DNA of 43,724 bases. It comes from Bacteroidales bacterium (GTDB lineage Bacteria; Bacteroidota; Bacteroidia; Bacteroidales; UBA7960). Where the stretch lies: positions 1-43,724 of the forward strand of contig JAWOBS010000285.1 in the NCBI GenBank assembly GCA_046484145.1. The letters run 5' to 3'. Below are positions 9,860 to 20,151 of this stretch, piece after piece. Each line of letters begins with the position of its first letter. Position 1 is the stretch's first letter. The position numbers and the translations under genes were made by a program. The notes beneath the pieces are model-generated. The model saw only the letters and a program-made list of their open reading frames with translations, made no database searches and was not told the DNA's origin.

Positions 9860-11260
9860 TTATTTTTCATAAAATTCTATCAAACTGAGAAAAGATTTGT
9901 TGGAATTTAGTTCAGGATAATTCTTTAGTATCTTTTTATTTTGAAACTCAGGGTCATTCTGCAGTGCTTCCTCCAGGAAGAAATCAGCTTCTTTATTATT
10001 ACCTTTAAGATATAAGCAAATAGCTGCCTGATAGTAAAGGATATTGCTGTCAGGTATTGCGTCGATACTTCTTTTACTAACATCCAGGGCAGCGTCAATA
10101 TCGTTAAAAGCTATCATTGCTTCAATATAATCTATCCAGGTATCTTCATCAATATTGTCAAACAAAATTGCTTTTTCAAAGTATTTAGCACAATTTTTCT
10201 TGTCGGAAGCATTTAAATATGCATCAGCGATAAGGCATAAATAAGTAGTGTTTTCAGGGTCAAGTGCCAAGCCTTTTTGCATGGATTGTATAGCAATCTT
10301 TATATTTCCACACTCTAATTCGCATACTCCAATGCCAATCCATGCATCAATTATTTCCTGGTCGTGTTTTAATGTTTTCCTATAATAATGAATAGCATTT
10401 TCATATTGCTCCATTTTCTCATAGCATTCGCCAATATAATAAAGTGTCATGGGAGAGTCTTCCTCTTCATCAAAGCTTTTTCTATAACATTCAATAGCAG
10501 AAGCATAATCATGTAAAAACGAATATGCGACAGCTTTGTGAAGATACGCCATTGAATAACCTTCATCAATAGCCAGGCAGTAGTCAAAAGCTTCGATAGC
10601 TTTTTCATAAAGCGAAGCATTTATGTAAGAGCTGCCCAGGTTAAACCATGCTTCTTCAGAATATGGATGTCTGTCAATATGTTGTTGAAAAAACTGAATA
10701 CTTTCATCTGTAAGCGATAATAAATCAAAGCAATATGCAGCCTCATGCATTGCAATATTATTATTTGGGTTTAGCTCCAGTGCCTTGTGTAAGTACTCTA
10801 TAGTTTTTTTATAGTCACCCATATTTTCGTATTCAAAAGCAATGTTACAATATATGTAATCAGGGCTTTCTGATTCCGGCAAGGCTTTATTATACTCTTC
10901 AATAGCTTTTTCGTAATGCTTTAACTGGGAATATATGGCTCCTTTAGTCAAGAATAAATCCTGATCTTCTGAGTCTATACCTTCAACTTCCCTGAGAATG
11001 CTTAGTGCATTCTTTTCCTCGTTGTTTAAAGCCAGTACTTTAGCGGTTAAAATTTTGAGTGTTATTGATGAGGGGTGCACTATGATTGCAAATTCTGCAA
11101 CAGTCTTTGCTTTCTTAAAGGATCCGGCCGTCATATAATAATCCAGGATCTCCTCGAAATCATCAACATCAAAATAACTCATCTCACCATCCCTGAACAT
11201 TTTTTCTATCTGTTCAACCTGTGGTGGTTTCAAATCTTCAAAATCGATATTATGATCCAT
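9860..11260 (-). CDS. tetratricopeptide repeat protein
   Basis: 466 aa. Repeated about 34-aa A..Y/A..AL..(D/N)P helical units throughout, e.g. YEKAIEEYNKAL and YKKTIEYLHKALELNPNN. Confidence 0.8.
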   Translation of the reverse strand: MDHNIDFEDLKPPQVEQIEKMFRDGEMSYFDVDDFEEILDYYMTAGSFKKAKTVAEFAIIVHPSSITLKILTAKVLALNNEEKNALSILREVEGIDSEDQDLFLTKGAIYSQLKHYEKAIEEYNKALPESESPDYIYCNIAFEYENMGDYKKTIEYLHKALELNPNNNIAMHEAAYCFDLLSLTDESIQFFQQHIDRHPYSEEAWFNLGSSYINASLYEKAIEAFDYCLAIDEGYSMAYLHKAVAYSFLHDYASAIECYRKSFDEEEDSPMTLYYIGECYEKMEQYENAIHYYRKTLKHDQEIIDAWIGIGVCELECGNIKIAIQSMQKGLALDPENTTYLCLIADAYLNASDKKNCAKYFEKAILFDNIDEDTWIDYIEAMIAFNDIDAALDVSKRSIDAIPDSNILYYQAAICLYLKGNNKEADFFLEEALQNDPEFQNKKILKNYPELNSNKSFLSLIEFYEK

Positions 11261-11353
11261 CTACTATAATTTGATTATCAAATATGCATTTTAAGAACGA
11301 TGCTGTTTTCTTACTATTGTAAAAAAAACTTTTCTTAACACATATTGAGCTTG

Positions 11354-11361
11354 CAAATTTA
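11354..11361 (-). promoter_or_regulatory. candidate -7 box for the TPR gene
   Basis: The minus strand reads TAAATTTG (TAnnTTTG), 94 nt upstream of the start at 11260. Confidence 0.3.
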
Positions 11362-11526
11362 CTCAAAATGTAATTATAAAAAACTTATGTTTTAACAATT
11401 ATAAATTTATAAAAAAAATGAGGTAATGCTTTTGACATAAACACCAACTTATTAACGTTTTATTAACAATAATAAAAGCTTTTTGATGTTTGAGAACTTG
11501 TGTTATGCAAATTGAATAAATAATGA

Positions 11527-11534
11527 TAATTTTG
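11527..11534 (+). promoter_or_regulatory. candidate -7 box for ffh
   Basis: TAATTTTG matches TAnnTTTG, 20 nt upstream of the ATG at 11554. No Shine-Dalgarno sequence is present, as is usual in Bacteroidota. Confidence 0.4.
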
Positions 11535-11553
11535 CAAAAAAATTTATAAAGCT

Positions 11554-12891
11554 ATGTTTGAAAGTTTAACGGAAAAGTTTGACCGCGCATTTAGGCTTCT
11601 GAAAGGGCAGGGGCATATTACAGAAATTAATGTTGCAGAGACGCTTAAAGATATCAGGCGAGCATTGCTTGATGCTGATGTTAGTTACAAAATTGCAAAG
11701 AATTTTACAGAAACGGTAAAAGAAAAGGCGCTGGGACAAAATGTGCTCACAGCCGTGTCGCCGGGACAATTGATGGTTAAGATTGTAAATGAGGAGTTGG
11801 CCAGGTTAATGGGTGAGGAAAATGCAGAGATCAATCTGAAAGGCAGTCCTGCTGTTATCCTTATTGCCGGTTTGCAAGGTAGTGGTAAAACAACATTTTC
11901 AGCGAAGCTTGCAAATTATTTAAAAGGCAAGAAAGGCAAGAAGGTTTTATTAACTGCCTGTGACGTGTATCGCCCCGCTGCTATTGAGCAGCTTAAAGTT
12001 TTAGGCGAGCAAATAGATACTGAAGTTTTTACAATTGATGATTCTAAGAATCCGGTAGATATAGCAAAAAAGGCTGTTTCTCATGCCAAAAACATGGGCC
12101 ACCAGGTTGTAATTGTTGATACTGCCGGCCGTTTGGCCATTGATGAGCAGATGATGACTGAGATTCATAATCTGAAGAAGGCTTTAAACCCGCACGAAAT
12201 ATTATTTGTTGTTGATGCAATGACCGGACAGGATGCTGTTAATACTGCAAAAGCATTTAATGAAAAGCTGGATTATGATGGCGTTGTATTAACAAAACTT
12301 GATGGTGATACAAGGGGTGGTGCTGCTTTAACAATAAGGGCTGTGGTTGATAAGCCAATTAAATTTGTTGGTATTGGAGAAAAAATTGATGCTATTGACT
12401 TATTCCATCCCAAACGTATGGCCGATAGGATTCTTGGAATGGGTGATATCGTATCTCTTGTTGAAAAGGCCCAGGAGCAATATGATGATGAAGAAGCCAG
12501 GAAACTGCAGAAAAAACTTGCAAAAAACCAATTTGGCTTTGATGACTTTTTATCACAGCTTCAGCAAATTAAGAAAATGGGTAATGTTAAAGACCTGATG
12601 GGAATGATACCGGGCATGGGCAAAGCTCTTAAAAATGTTGATGTTGATGATGATGCCTTTAAAAGTATTGAAGCAATCATTCATTCAATGACCCCATACG
12701 AAAGAACAAATCCTTCTGTCATTAATGGCAGCCGCAGAAAAAGAATTGCAACAGGCAGTGGTACATCTATACAGGAAGTTAACAGACTGATGAAGCAGTT
12801 TGAAGATACTCGTAAAATGATGAAGATGATGTCCGGTGGCGGTGGCAAAATGAAAAATATTATGAATGCAATGTCAGGAATGAAAAAATAA
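11554..12891 (+). CDS. ffh: signal recognition particle protein Ffh
   Basis: 445 aa. SRP GTPase motifs GLQGSGKTT, DTAGR and TKLDGD, and a Met-rich M domain and tail. Confidence 0.97.
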   Translation: MFESLTEKFDRAFRLLKGQGHITEINVAETLKDIRRALLDADVSYKIAKNFTETVKEKALGQNVLTAVSPGQLMVKIVNEELARLMGEENAEINLKGSPAVILIAGLQGSGKTTFSAKLANYLKGKKGKKVLLTACDVYRPAAIEQLKVLGEQIDTEVFTIDDSKNPVDIAKKAVSHAKNMGHQVVIVDTAGRLAIDEQMMTEIHNLKKALNPHEILFVVDAMTGQDAVNTAKAFNEKLDYDGVVLTKLDGDTRGGAALTIRAVVDKPIKFVGIGEKIDAIDLFHPKRMADRILGMGDIVSLVEKAQEQYDDEEARKLQKKLAKNQFGFDDFLSQLQQIKKMGNVKDLMGMIPGMGKALKNVDVDDDAFKSIEAIIHSMTPYERTNPSVINGSRRKRIATGSGTSIQEVNRLMKQFEDTRKMMKMMSGGGGKMKNIMNAMSGMKK

Positions 12892-12922
12892 TAAGATTGT
12901 ATAATTTTTTAATGAAAGTCCG

Positions 12923-13804
12923 ATGGAGTTAATTGATGGTAAAAAAATTGCTAACGATATAAAGGAAGAGATTACTAAAGAAGTACAAAAGATCAGGGAT
13001 AATAATGATAAAAACCCTCATCTTGCCGCTATTTTGGTCGGTAACGACCCGGCTAGTGAAACCTATGTCGCCTCAAAAGAAAAAGCCTGCAAGCAGGTTG
13101 GCTTTGATTCTTCTGTTTATAGATTGCCTGAAGATACAACTGAAGAAGAATTACTTGAAACAGTTGGTTTTTTAAATAATGATGATGAGATCGACGGCTT
13201 TATAGTCCAACTGCCGCTGCCTTCTCATATTAATGAAAATAAAATCATCCAATCTATAAATCCGGAAAAAGATGTTGATGGTTTTCACCCTGTTAATGTT
13301 GGTAGAATGTCCATAGGATTACCATCATATGTATCTGCAACTCCATTTGGTATTGTAGAGCTGATTAAAAGATCAGGCGTTGAAACGAATGGCAAAAATT
13401 GCGTAGTGCTTGGCAGAAGCAATATAGTAGGAAGGCCTGTCAGTATTTTGTTGTCCTTAAATAATGAGAATGGAAATGCTACTGTTACCGTTTGTCACTC
13501 CAGGACAAAAAATTTAAAAGAGATAACCTCTTCTGCCGATATACTTGTCGTTGCAATAGGCAAACCAGAATTTGTCACCGGAGATATGGTGAAAAAAGAC
13601 GCTGTTGTTATTGATGTCGGAATTCATAGAGTGAAATCTGATAAAACAAAGTCGGGTTTCAGATTAATTGGAGACGTTAATTTTGATGAAGTGTCTAAAA
13701 AGGCTTCAAAAATTACTCCTGTTCCGGGTGGGGTTGGCCCAATGACAATAGTATCTCTTTTGATGAATACTTTAAAAGCATACAAGAAAGAAATATATAG
13801 CTGA
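12923..13804 (+). CDS. folD: bifunctional methylenetetrahydrofolate dehydrogenase/methenyl-THF cyclohydrolase
   Basis: 293 aa with FolD blocks [47 protein letters not shown] and [10 protein letters not shown]. Confidence 0.95.
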   Translation: MELIDGKKIANDIKEEITKEVQKIRDNNDKNPHLAAILVGNDPASETYVASKEKACKQVGFDSSVYRLPEDTTEEELLETVGFLNNDDEIDGFIVQLPLPSHINENKIIQSINPEKDVDGFHPVNVGRMSIGLPSYVSATPFGIVELIKRSGVETNGKNCVVLGRSNIVGRPVSILLSLNNENGNATVTVCHSRTKNLKEITSSADILVVAIGKPEFVTGDMVKKDAVVIDVGIHRVKSDKTKSGFRLIGDVNFDEVSKKASKITPVPGGVGPMTIVSLLMNTLKAYKKEIYS

Positions 13805-13806
13805 TT

Positions 13807-14463
13807 TTGACTCAATACCGACTTTCTAACCTAAGCACAGCACAAAAGGAAAATCTCGATAGAGGGAGGCTCCTTCCTGTTATGGAAGAGTTTTATTCCA
13901 TACAGGGAGAAGGCTATAACACAGGCAAGCCCGCTTACTTTCTGCGTATAGGAGGATGTGATATTGGTTGTAGATGGTGTGATGTTAAAGAGTCCTGGAA
14001 TGCTAGCATACACCCTTTAATTAAAACCGAAGAGATAATAAAGAGGGCGTTGGATTATCCTGCTAAAGCTATTGTTATTACAGGTGGAGAGCCTCTGCTT
14101 TACAACCTCGATCTTTTGTGTGATGGACTGAAAAAAGGAGGTGCTAAAATATTTATTGAAACTTCCGGTGCTTATCCCTTGTCCGGCCGATTTGATTGGA
14201 TTTGTATTTCTCCAAAACCAAATATGCCGCCTACCAAAGATATGTTATTAATGGCTGACGAACTAAAGGTTGTGATTCAGGATAAATCGGATTTTGCCTG
14301 GGCTGAAAAGAATGCAAAACTAGTGAAAGAAAAATGTGTGTTGTTTCTTCAAGCGGAGTGGAGTAAATACAAAACCATAATGCCTGAAATTATTGATTAT
14401 GTTAAAAATAATCCCAATTGGTGCACTTCTCTGCAATCTCATAAATTCATGAATATACCTTAA
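13807..14463 (+). CDS. queE: 7-carboxy-7-deazaguanine synthase (radical SAM)
   Basis: 218 aa. EEFYSIQGEGYNTGKPAYFLRIGGCDIGCRWCD carries the CxxxCxxC cluster motif in the QueE N-terminal context. TTG start as in the ORF track; the exact start is uncertain. Confidence 0.85.
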   Translation: MTQYRLSNLSTAQKENLDRGRLLPVMEEFYSIQGEGYNTGKPAYFLRIGGCDIGCRWCDVKESWNASIHPLIKTEEIIKRALDYPAKAIVITGGEPLLYNLDLLCDGLKKGGAKIFIETSGAYPLSGRFDWICISPKPNMPPTKDMLLMADELKVVIQDKSDFAWAEKNAKLVKEKCVLFLQAEWSKYKTIMPEIIDYVKNNPNWCTSLQSHKFMNIP

Positions 14464-14604
14464 TTATAAGAAATCATTTTTATAATAATTTCTTCTGTGC
14501 TCTTTAAAATATGTATTTTTTGTTGTATATTTATTGCTCAGAAAGCTGTTTTTAAATTGTTTAAGCAGGCTTGTTTATATAATAACTTTTCTAAACTATC
14601 AACT

Positions 14605-17133
14605 ATGATAAGAATTTTTCTAATTGTAATTGCATTTATGCTGTCAGGCATACTTTATTCTATGGAGAATAACGAAATTGACAGCTTACGGCTTGAGCTT
14701 CAAAAAGCGGATGAAGATACTGTTTTGGCCAGGCTAAACATCGATATAGGGATTAAGCTTATTGATTCAAATCCTGACTCTGCTTTTTTTTATTATAACC
14801 GCGCTGAAACATTATTGGCAGGAAATGAAACAGAAATGGGAAAGGCCTTGAAAGCCAGGGCCAATATACGAAAAGCATATATCGTAATTACAAATAATAG
14901 CAATCCCCAGGAAGCTTTAGAAATATTGGATAGTGCACTGCTTATTCTTGATTATCTGGAACAATCTGATAATAGCCGGATCTTTAAAATAGCAGTAAGT
15001 GAAAAAGTTTTTGCTTATAATAATTACGGCAACAGTTATCGAATGTTGGGCCAGTATAATGAAGCCCTGGATTACTACAAAAAAGGCCTTGCTAATGCCG
15101 AGAAGATAGGTGATGATGATATGCTTTTTGGACTTTGTTATTTGCATTTAGGAAATATATACAGGTATATGGGTGAGCTGGATAAAGCTATGGAATATAA
15201 CCTGCTGGCAGCAGATGCTTACGAAAAGATAAATGAAGTGGATAGAATAGCCGCCGTTTATAATAATATCGGTAATGTTTTTCATATACAGGGAAATTAT
15301 GACCAGGCTCTCGATTATTATCATAAAGCCTTGAAGCTTTTTGAAAAGATTGGCGATCAGATACGTTCCGGAACAGGTTATTATAATATTGGAGTAGTAC
15401 ATTATCATTTGAAAAATTTTAGTAATGCAATAGAGTATTTTGAAAAAGCCCTTGAGATTAGGGAGGAAATAGGAGATAAAAAAGGTATGATAAATTCCCT
15501 GATGGTAATGGGAGTTGTAAAAGAACAAGAAGTAGAACTTGATGATGCTTTGAAATATTATTCTACAGCACTGGAACTTGCTGAAGAGCTTAAAGATATG
15601 TCCGGAATAGCACATGGCTATTTTCGCTTAGGTAGTGTTTATGACGTGCAGGGAAACTTTGAAAAGGCTTTGGATTATAATAAAAAAGCACTGGATATCT
15701 TTGAAAAGACAAGTAACATTACAGGTATTTTAGGGGCAGAGAATGCTATTGCTAAAAATTATTTGTCTTTAGGCAAAAATTATAATGCTATAGAATATGC
15801 AGATAAAGCATATACAGTGTCAAAAGAAAGAGGTTTGCTAAATACTCAATTGAAGGCAGCCTTATTGTTGTTAAAAGCAAATGAGAATCTGGGTAATTAT
15901 GAGGCTGCTCTTAATTATTCAAAGGATAGCTATGACTTATCCGATAGTATATTTAATGAAGAGAAAACAAAAACAATATCAGAAATGGAAGCCAGGTTTC
16001 AAACTGAGAAGAAACAGTTGGAAATTGATAATTTGCTGAAAGACCAGGCTCTTAAAGAATCTGAAATAGCAAGGCAAAAAGAAGAAGTGTCAAGACAAAA
16101 GCAGTTAAATAATTCATTGTTAATTGGCATTGTCCTGGTTATAGGATTTTCAATTCTCTTATTCATGCAATACAGAGCCAAGAAAAAAGCGAATATTTTA
16201 CTATCAGAGCAAAATGTAGAAATAAATCAAAAAAATGAAGAGATAAAAGCTCAGCGGGATGAAATTACCACCCAACGGGACTTTGTTATCAGACAAAAAG
16301 AGATGATAGAAGCCAGTCATCAAAGAATAACTGACAGTATTAATTACGCTCAGTTGATACAATCTGCCCTGCTCCCAACAACAGAGGTTATTTCCGAACT
16401 CTTGCCTGAGCATTTGATTTATTATAAACCCAGAGATATCGTTAGTGGTGATTTTTACTGGGTTAAAAAAATTAAAAACTATGTGGTTGTTGTTACGGCC
16501 GACTGTACCGGACATGGTGTGCCGGGTGCATTTATGAGTATGTTGGGAATTGCTTTCTTAAATGAGATTGCAAGAAGAGAAGATGTTAATACAGCCGCCG
16601 ATATATTAAATATATTAAGGCAGGAAATAAAAACTTCCTTATTCCAGAAAAAGCAAGAAGATAAAGCTAATGACGGAATGGATATGAGTGTTTTGTTTTT
16701 TGATAAAGAAAAGATGCAAGCGCATTATGCCGGGGCTAAAAATCCTTTATACATTTTCAGACAAAATCAGAAAGCTGAAAATATAGAAAATTCAGGAAAA
16801 GTAATTGTTAAAGAAAATGATAATAATGTTTTTATTCAGGTTAAAGGAGATTCTCAATCAGTGTCGCTTACACCATCCGAAAAGGAATTTACTAATCATA
16901 AAGTTAAGTTATTGCCGGGTGATATGATATATATGTTTTCTGATGGCTATATCGATCAAATAAGCAGCCTAACAAACCGAAGATATACAACAACCAGGTT
17001 TAATAATCTGCTTTTGGATATTTATAAAGAGCCTGTGGATAAACAATTTTCATTGCTGGAAAAAACTTATAATGAATGGAGAAAAGATAATGAGCAAATT
17101 GACGATATTGTTATTCTAGGCATTAGAGTGTGA
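14605..17133 (+). CDS. TPR-repeat, membrane-anchored SpoIIE/PP2C-family protein phosphatase
   Basis: The ORF track begins at GTG 14497. The ATG at 14605 gives a proper signal/anchor (MIRIFLIVIAFMLSGILYS). Architecture: about 450 aa of TPR units, a coiled coil, a TM helix (LLIGIVLVIGFSILLF), then the PP2C/SpoIIE core (SGDFYWV ... ADCTGHGVPGAFMS ... FSDGYIDQ ... DDIVILGIRV). Confidence 0.85.
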   Translation: MIRIFLIVIAFMLSGILYSMENNEIDSLRLELQKADEDTVLARLNIDIGIKLIDSNPDSAFFYYNRAETLLAGNETEMGKALKARANIRKAYIVITNNSNPQEALEILDSALLILDYLEQSDNSRIFKIAVSEKVFAYNNYGNSYRMLGQYNEALDYYKKGLANAEKIGDDDMLFGLCYLHLGNIYRYMGELDKAMEYNLLAADAYEKINEVDRIAAVYNNIGNVFHIQGNYDQALDYYHKALKLFEKIGDQIRSGTGYYNIGVVHYHLKNFSNAIEYFEKALEIREEIGDKKGMINSLMVMGVVKEQEVELDDALKYYSTALELAEELKDMSGIAHGYFRLGSVYDVQGNFEKALDYNKKALDIFEKTSNITGILGAENAIAKNYLSLGKNYNAIEYADKAYTVSKERGLLNTQLKAALLLLKANENLGNYEAALNYSKDSYDLSDSIFNEEKTKTISEMEARFQTEKKQLEIDNLLKDQALKESEIARQKEEVSRQKQLNNSLLIGIVLVIGFSILLFMQYRAKKKANILLSEQNVEINQKNEEIKAQRDEITTQRDFVIRQKEMIEASHQRITDSINYAQLIQSALLPTTEVISELLPEHLIYYKPRDIVSGDFYWVKKIKNYVVVVTADCTGHGVPGAFMSMLGIAFLNEIARREDVNTAADILNILRQEIKTSLFQKKQEDKANDGMDMSVLFFDKEKMQAHYAGAKNPLYIFRQNQKAENIENSGKVIVKENDNNVFIQVKGDSQSVSLTPSEKEFTNHKVKLLPGDMIYMFSDGYIDQISSLTNRRYTTTRFNNLLLDIYKEPVDKQFSLLEKTYNEWRKDNEQIDDIVILGIRV

Positions 17134-17191
17134 TATTGTAATTTATATTGATGTTTCCCGTTATAGAATAAGATTAAACTTTAGTTAATAT

Positions 17192-18706
17192 ATGAGATTT
17201 TCATTTAGTGTATATTCACGCAAACAGCGATGGAAGTACTTCTTGTTGGGTTTTGCTGCTGTTATTATAATTGCTTCTTTGTGGTACACAAATATTATTG
17301 TAACTAAGATAGCCAGGGAAGAGAGGAAAAAGGTGGCTTTGTGGGCAGATGCAGTCCAAAAACGCGCCAGCCTGGTTAAATATACCGAAGAGTTTTTTAA
17401 TGAAATTAAAGAAGAAGAGAAAAACAGAGTGCAGATATGGGCTGCAGCTTACAGGAAAATATTTGAAGCCGAACTTGATGAGGATATTACTTTTTATTCA
17501 GAAATAGTACTGGGAAATACAACGATACCGGTTGTATTAGTTGATGAAAACAATAATGTAATAACCAGTATGAATCTGGATAAAAAATATAGTGATTACA
17601 AAAAGTTTGAAGGTGAACTTAAAAGTTTATTTTCTGATTATAACCCAATCCCATTTACTGTAGATAATAAGACTGAATATATTTATTACCAGGATTCAAG
17701 ATTGTTTACAGAATTAAGAGCTGTGCTGGATGACTTAATTGAATCTTTTATTTCAGAAGTAGTTATTAATTCTGCAAATGTGCCCGTTATAATTACTGAT
17801 AGTGCACAAACAAAGATAATTGCGCATGGAAATATTGACGATGTTTATTTTTTTGATACTCCTAATACAAAAAAAGTCATCGAAAAAATGTCAGGTAAAA
17901 ATCCTGCAATTTTAATCGATATACCGGGCCATGGAAACTGTTATGTTTTTTATACAAATTCATTTTTACTAACACAATTAAGATATTATCCTCCGGCGCA
18001 GTTACTGGTTATAGCGATATTCCTGGTAATAGCTTACCTGTTATTCAGTACAGCCAGAAATGCAGAGCAGAACCAGGTATGGGTCGGGATGTCTAAAGAA
18101 ACTGCACATCAGCTTGGAACACCACTGTCGTCACTTATTGCCTGGATAGAAATTCTCAAAATGAAAAATGTTGATGAGAAAACGATTAAGGAAATTACTA
18201 AAGATGTTAAAAGGCTGGAAAACATCACAGAGAGATTTTCAAAAATAGGTTCTCCTCCCAAATTAGTCTTTGTTAATGTGGTAGAACTTATTTATGAAGT
18301 CGTTGATTATATGAAGACTCGCACTTCCAAAAAAATCAACTTCAAAATATATCCGTCAAGACAAACAGAAATAATGGCTCATTTAAATAATAATCTTTTT
18401 GAATGGGTAGTGGAGAATATTATAAAAAATGCTGTTGATGCCATGGAAGGTGCCGGAACTATTACTATTTCCGTTGGCCAGGATGATAAACATGCTAAAA
18501 TTGACATAAGCGATACCGGTAAAGGCATGTTAAAATCAAACTTTAAATTAGTTTTTAATCCCGGTTATACCAGCAAAAAGAGGGGATGGGGCTTAGGCTT
18601 GTCTTTGAGCAAGAGGATAATAGAAAATTATCATAAAGGGAAGTTGTTTGTAAAAGATTCATCTATAAATAAAGGCACGACTTTTCGTATAATACTTAAA
18701 AAGTAG
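17192..18706 (+). CDS. sensor histidine kinase (no response regulator in the window)
   Basis: 504 aa. Two TM segments bracket a roughly 230-aa extracytoplasmic region. H-box ETAHQLGTPLSSL, N-box ENIIKNAVDA, G-boxes DTGKGM and GWGLGLS. Confidence 0.85.
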   Translation: MRFSFSVYSRKQRWKYFLLGFAAVIIIASLWYTNIIVTKIAREERKKVALWADAVQKRASLVKYTEEFFNEIKEEEKNRVQIWAAAYRKIFEAELDEDITFYSEIVLGNTTIPVVLVDENNNVITSMNLDKKYSDYKKFEGELKSLFSDYNPIPFTVDNKTEYIYYQDSRLFTELRAVLDDLIESFISEVVINSANVPVIITDSAQTKIIAHGNIDDVYFFDTPNTKKVIEKMSGKNPAILIDIPGHGNCYVFYTNSFLLTQLRYYPPAQLLVIAIFLVIAYLLFSTARNAEQNQVWVGMSKETAHQLGTPLSSLIAWIEILKMKNVDEKTIKEITKDVKRLENITERFSKIGSPPKLVFVNVVELIYEVVDYMKTRTSKKINFKIYPSRQTEIMAHLNNNLFEWVVENIIKNAVDAMEGAGTITISVGQDDKHAKIDISDTGKGMLKSNFKLVFNPGYTSKKRGWGLGLSLSKRIIENYHKGKLFVKDSSINKGTTFRIILKK

Positions 18707-18790
18707 CATAAACTCCTGAAGCTTGCAGGCTCTTTTTCAGGCTGCTATGTTTTTAATAGAAAAGAAAGCCGGGATAATACTTCTCTAATC

Positions 18791-20092
18791 TTATTTATTT
18801 CTTTTGTCAATAAAAGTAATCGGTTTTCTGCTTGATTCAGGGAATTGCAGTTTTTGAATCTCTTTTGGAGTTGAGAAATGAATTTCCGGTGCAACTCTTA
18901 ACTTTGCCCTGAAATGGTCTTTTATAGTTTTTTTAAACAAGTCACCAGACACATTGCTTCCAATTTTGACAATTATATCATCATTTTCAACATTATTTGT
19001 AGAAACTTCTACGATATAATTTTTCACATCAGGTATCTCATTAAGAATTTCAAACAGAGCTGATGGAAATAGCGTAGTTCCTTTATACTTTATCATTTGA
19101 TTTTTTCTGCCAACAACGGGCCCTATTCGTAATGAATTTCTGCCGCATTTGCAGGGCTCTGTGTAATAAGTGCAAATATCACCTGTTCTAAAACGGATAA
19201 GAGGCATGCCTTCAACTCCAAGATTTGTAATTGTAACTTCACCAAGCTCTCCTTCTTTGACGTGATTGTTGTCCTCGTCTAAAAATTCGGCAATAAGCAT
19301 TTCCGGGTGATGGTGACCCCCGACGCCATGCTTGCATTCTGTAAAGGCAGCACCCATTTCTGTTGATGCATAAGTTGAATACAGCTGAATATCCCATTTT
19401 GACTTTATGTTTTGCCCCAGCTTATTCAGCTTGAAGTTATTGTCGCGCAATGGCTCTCCTATACATACTGCAGCCTTTACAGATGTGTTTTTAAAATCGA
19501 TATTATTCTCTTCAGCATATTCTATTAAAGTTAGAATGAAAGAGGGTATGGTAATAATGTATGTAGGTGAAATTCTTTTTATTGTGTCGAATTGCAGTTC
19601 AGGATTTCCGGGGCCTACTCTAACAATTCCGGCACCAAGCCTTCTGAGTCCGAGGAAATATGCTAAGCCGGCCATAAACCGCCGGTCTATCGTAATCATT
19701 AAGTGGTAAATGTCTGCAGGTGTACCATTAGCACAAACAAATGACAAATATTCATTAAAAGCCAGACGCTGAAGGTCTTTCTCTGTGGCAGCAAATGTCA
19801 CAGGATTTCCCAGTGTGCCGGAAGTTGTTATATAATCTACAACTTCATCTTTTGACACACATAAAAAATCCATATTCCTTGTCTGTAAATCTTCCTTTGT
19901 AGTGCAAGGAATATTCTTGAGATCTTCAATGGTTTTTATTTTAGAAATATTTATTTTATGTTTTTGGAATAAGTCTTTATAATATAGTGAGTTTATGGAG
20001 GTATATTTTAAGACTTTTGCAAGCTCTTTTTCCTGGTATTCTTTTATTTCTTTAGCAGGAAGTTTGCCAACTTCAAAATCAGGTACAAACAT
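18791..20092 (-). CDS. PaaK-like (phenylacetate-CoA ligase / F390 synthetase family) adenylate-forming aryl-acid ligase
   Basis: 433 aa. TSGTLGNP (variant of the TSGTTG.P AMP-binding motif), YASTE, and GDICTY...CGR, typical of the short PaaK clade. Last gene of the minus-strand operon. Confidence 0.82.
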   Translation of the reverse strand: MFVPDFEVGKLPAKEIKEYQEKELAKVLKYTSINSLYYKDLFQKHKINISKIKTIEDLKNIPCTTKEDLQTRNMDFLCVSKDEVVDYITTSGTLGNPVTFAATEKDLQRLAFNEYLSFVCANGTPADIYHLMITIDRRFMAGLAYFLGLRRLGAGIVRVGPGNPELQFDTIKRISPTYIITIPSFILTLIEYAEENNIDFKNTSVKAAVCIGEPLRDNNFKLNKLGQNIKSKWDIQLYSTYASTEMGAAFTECKHGVGGHHHPEMLIAEFLDEDNNHVKEGELGEVTITNLGVEGMPLIRFRTGDICTYYTEPCKCGRNSLRIGPVVGRKNQMIKYKGTTLFPSALFEILNEIPDVKNYIVEVSTNNVENDDIIVKIGSNVSGDLFKKTIKDHFRAKLRVAPEIHFSTPKEIQKLQFPESSRKPITFIDKRNK

Positions 20093-20151
20093 ATTTATAT
20101 ATTTATTAAATCATTAATCCGCTACACTTGTTTCCATTCTTTACAAAAGTA

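Noticed and set aside
14497-14604. GTG-initiated 36-aa N-terminal extension of the TPR-PP2C gene
   Set aside because: The extension (MLFKICIFCCIFIAQKAVFKLFKQACLYNNFSKLST) looks like translated AT-rich promoter DNA. The ATG at 14605 gives a normal signal/anchor sequence.
14917-16515. Antisense ORFs 14917-15147, 15148-15615, 15999-16181 and 16204-16515
   Set aside because: They are embedded antisense in the TPR-PP2C gene. Their Ile/Phe/Tyr-rich translations are typical of shadow frames of TPR-coding AT-rich sequence.
18714-18741. Possible terminator hairpin between the convergent histidine kinase and PaaK-like genes
   Set aside because: The stem is only 6 bp (CCTGAA/TTCAGG), with a 16-nt loop and no adjacent U-tract. 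It is too weak to call.
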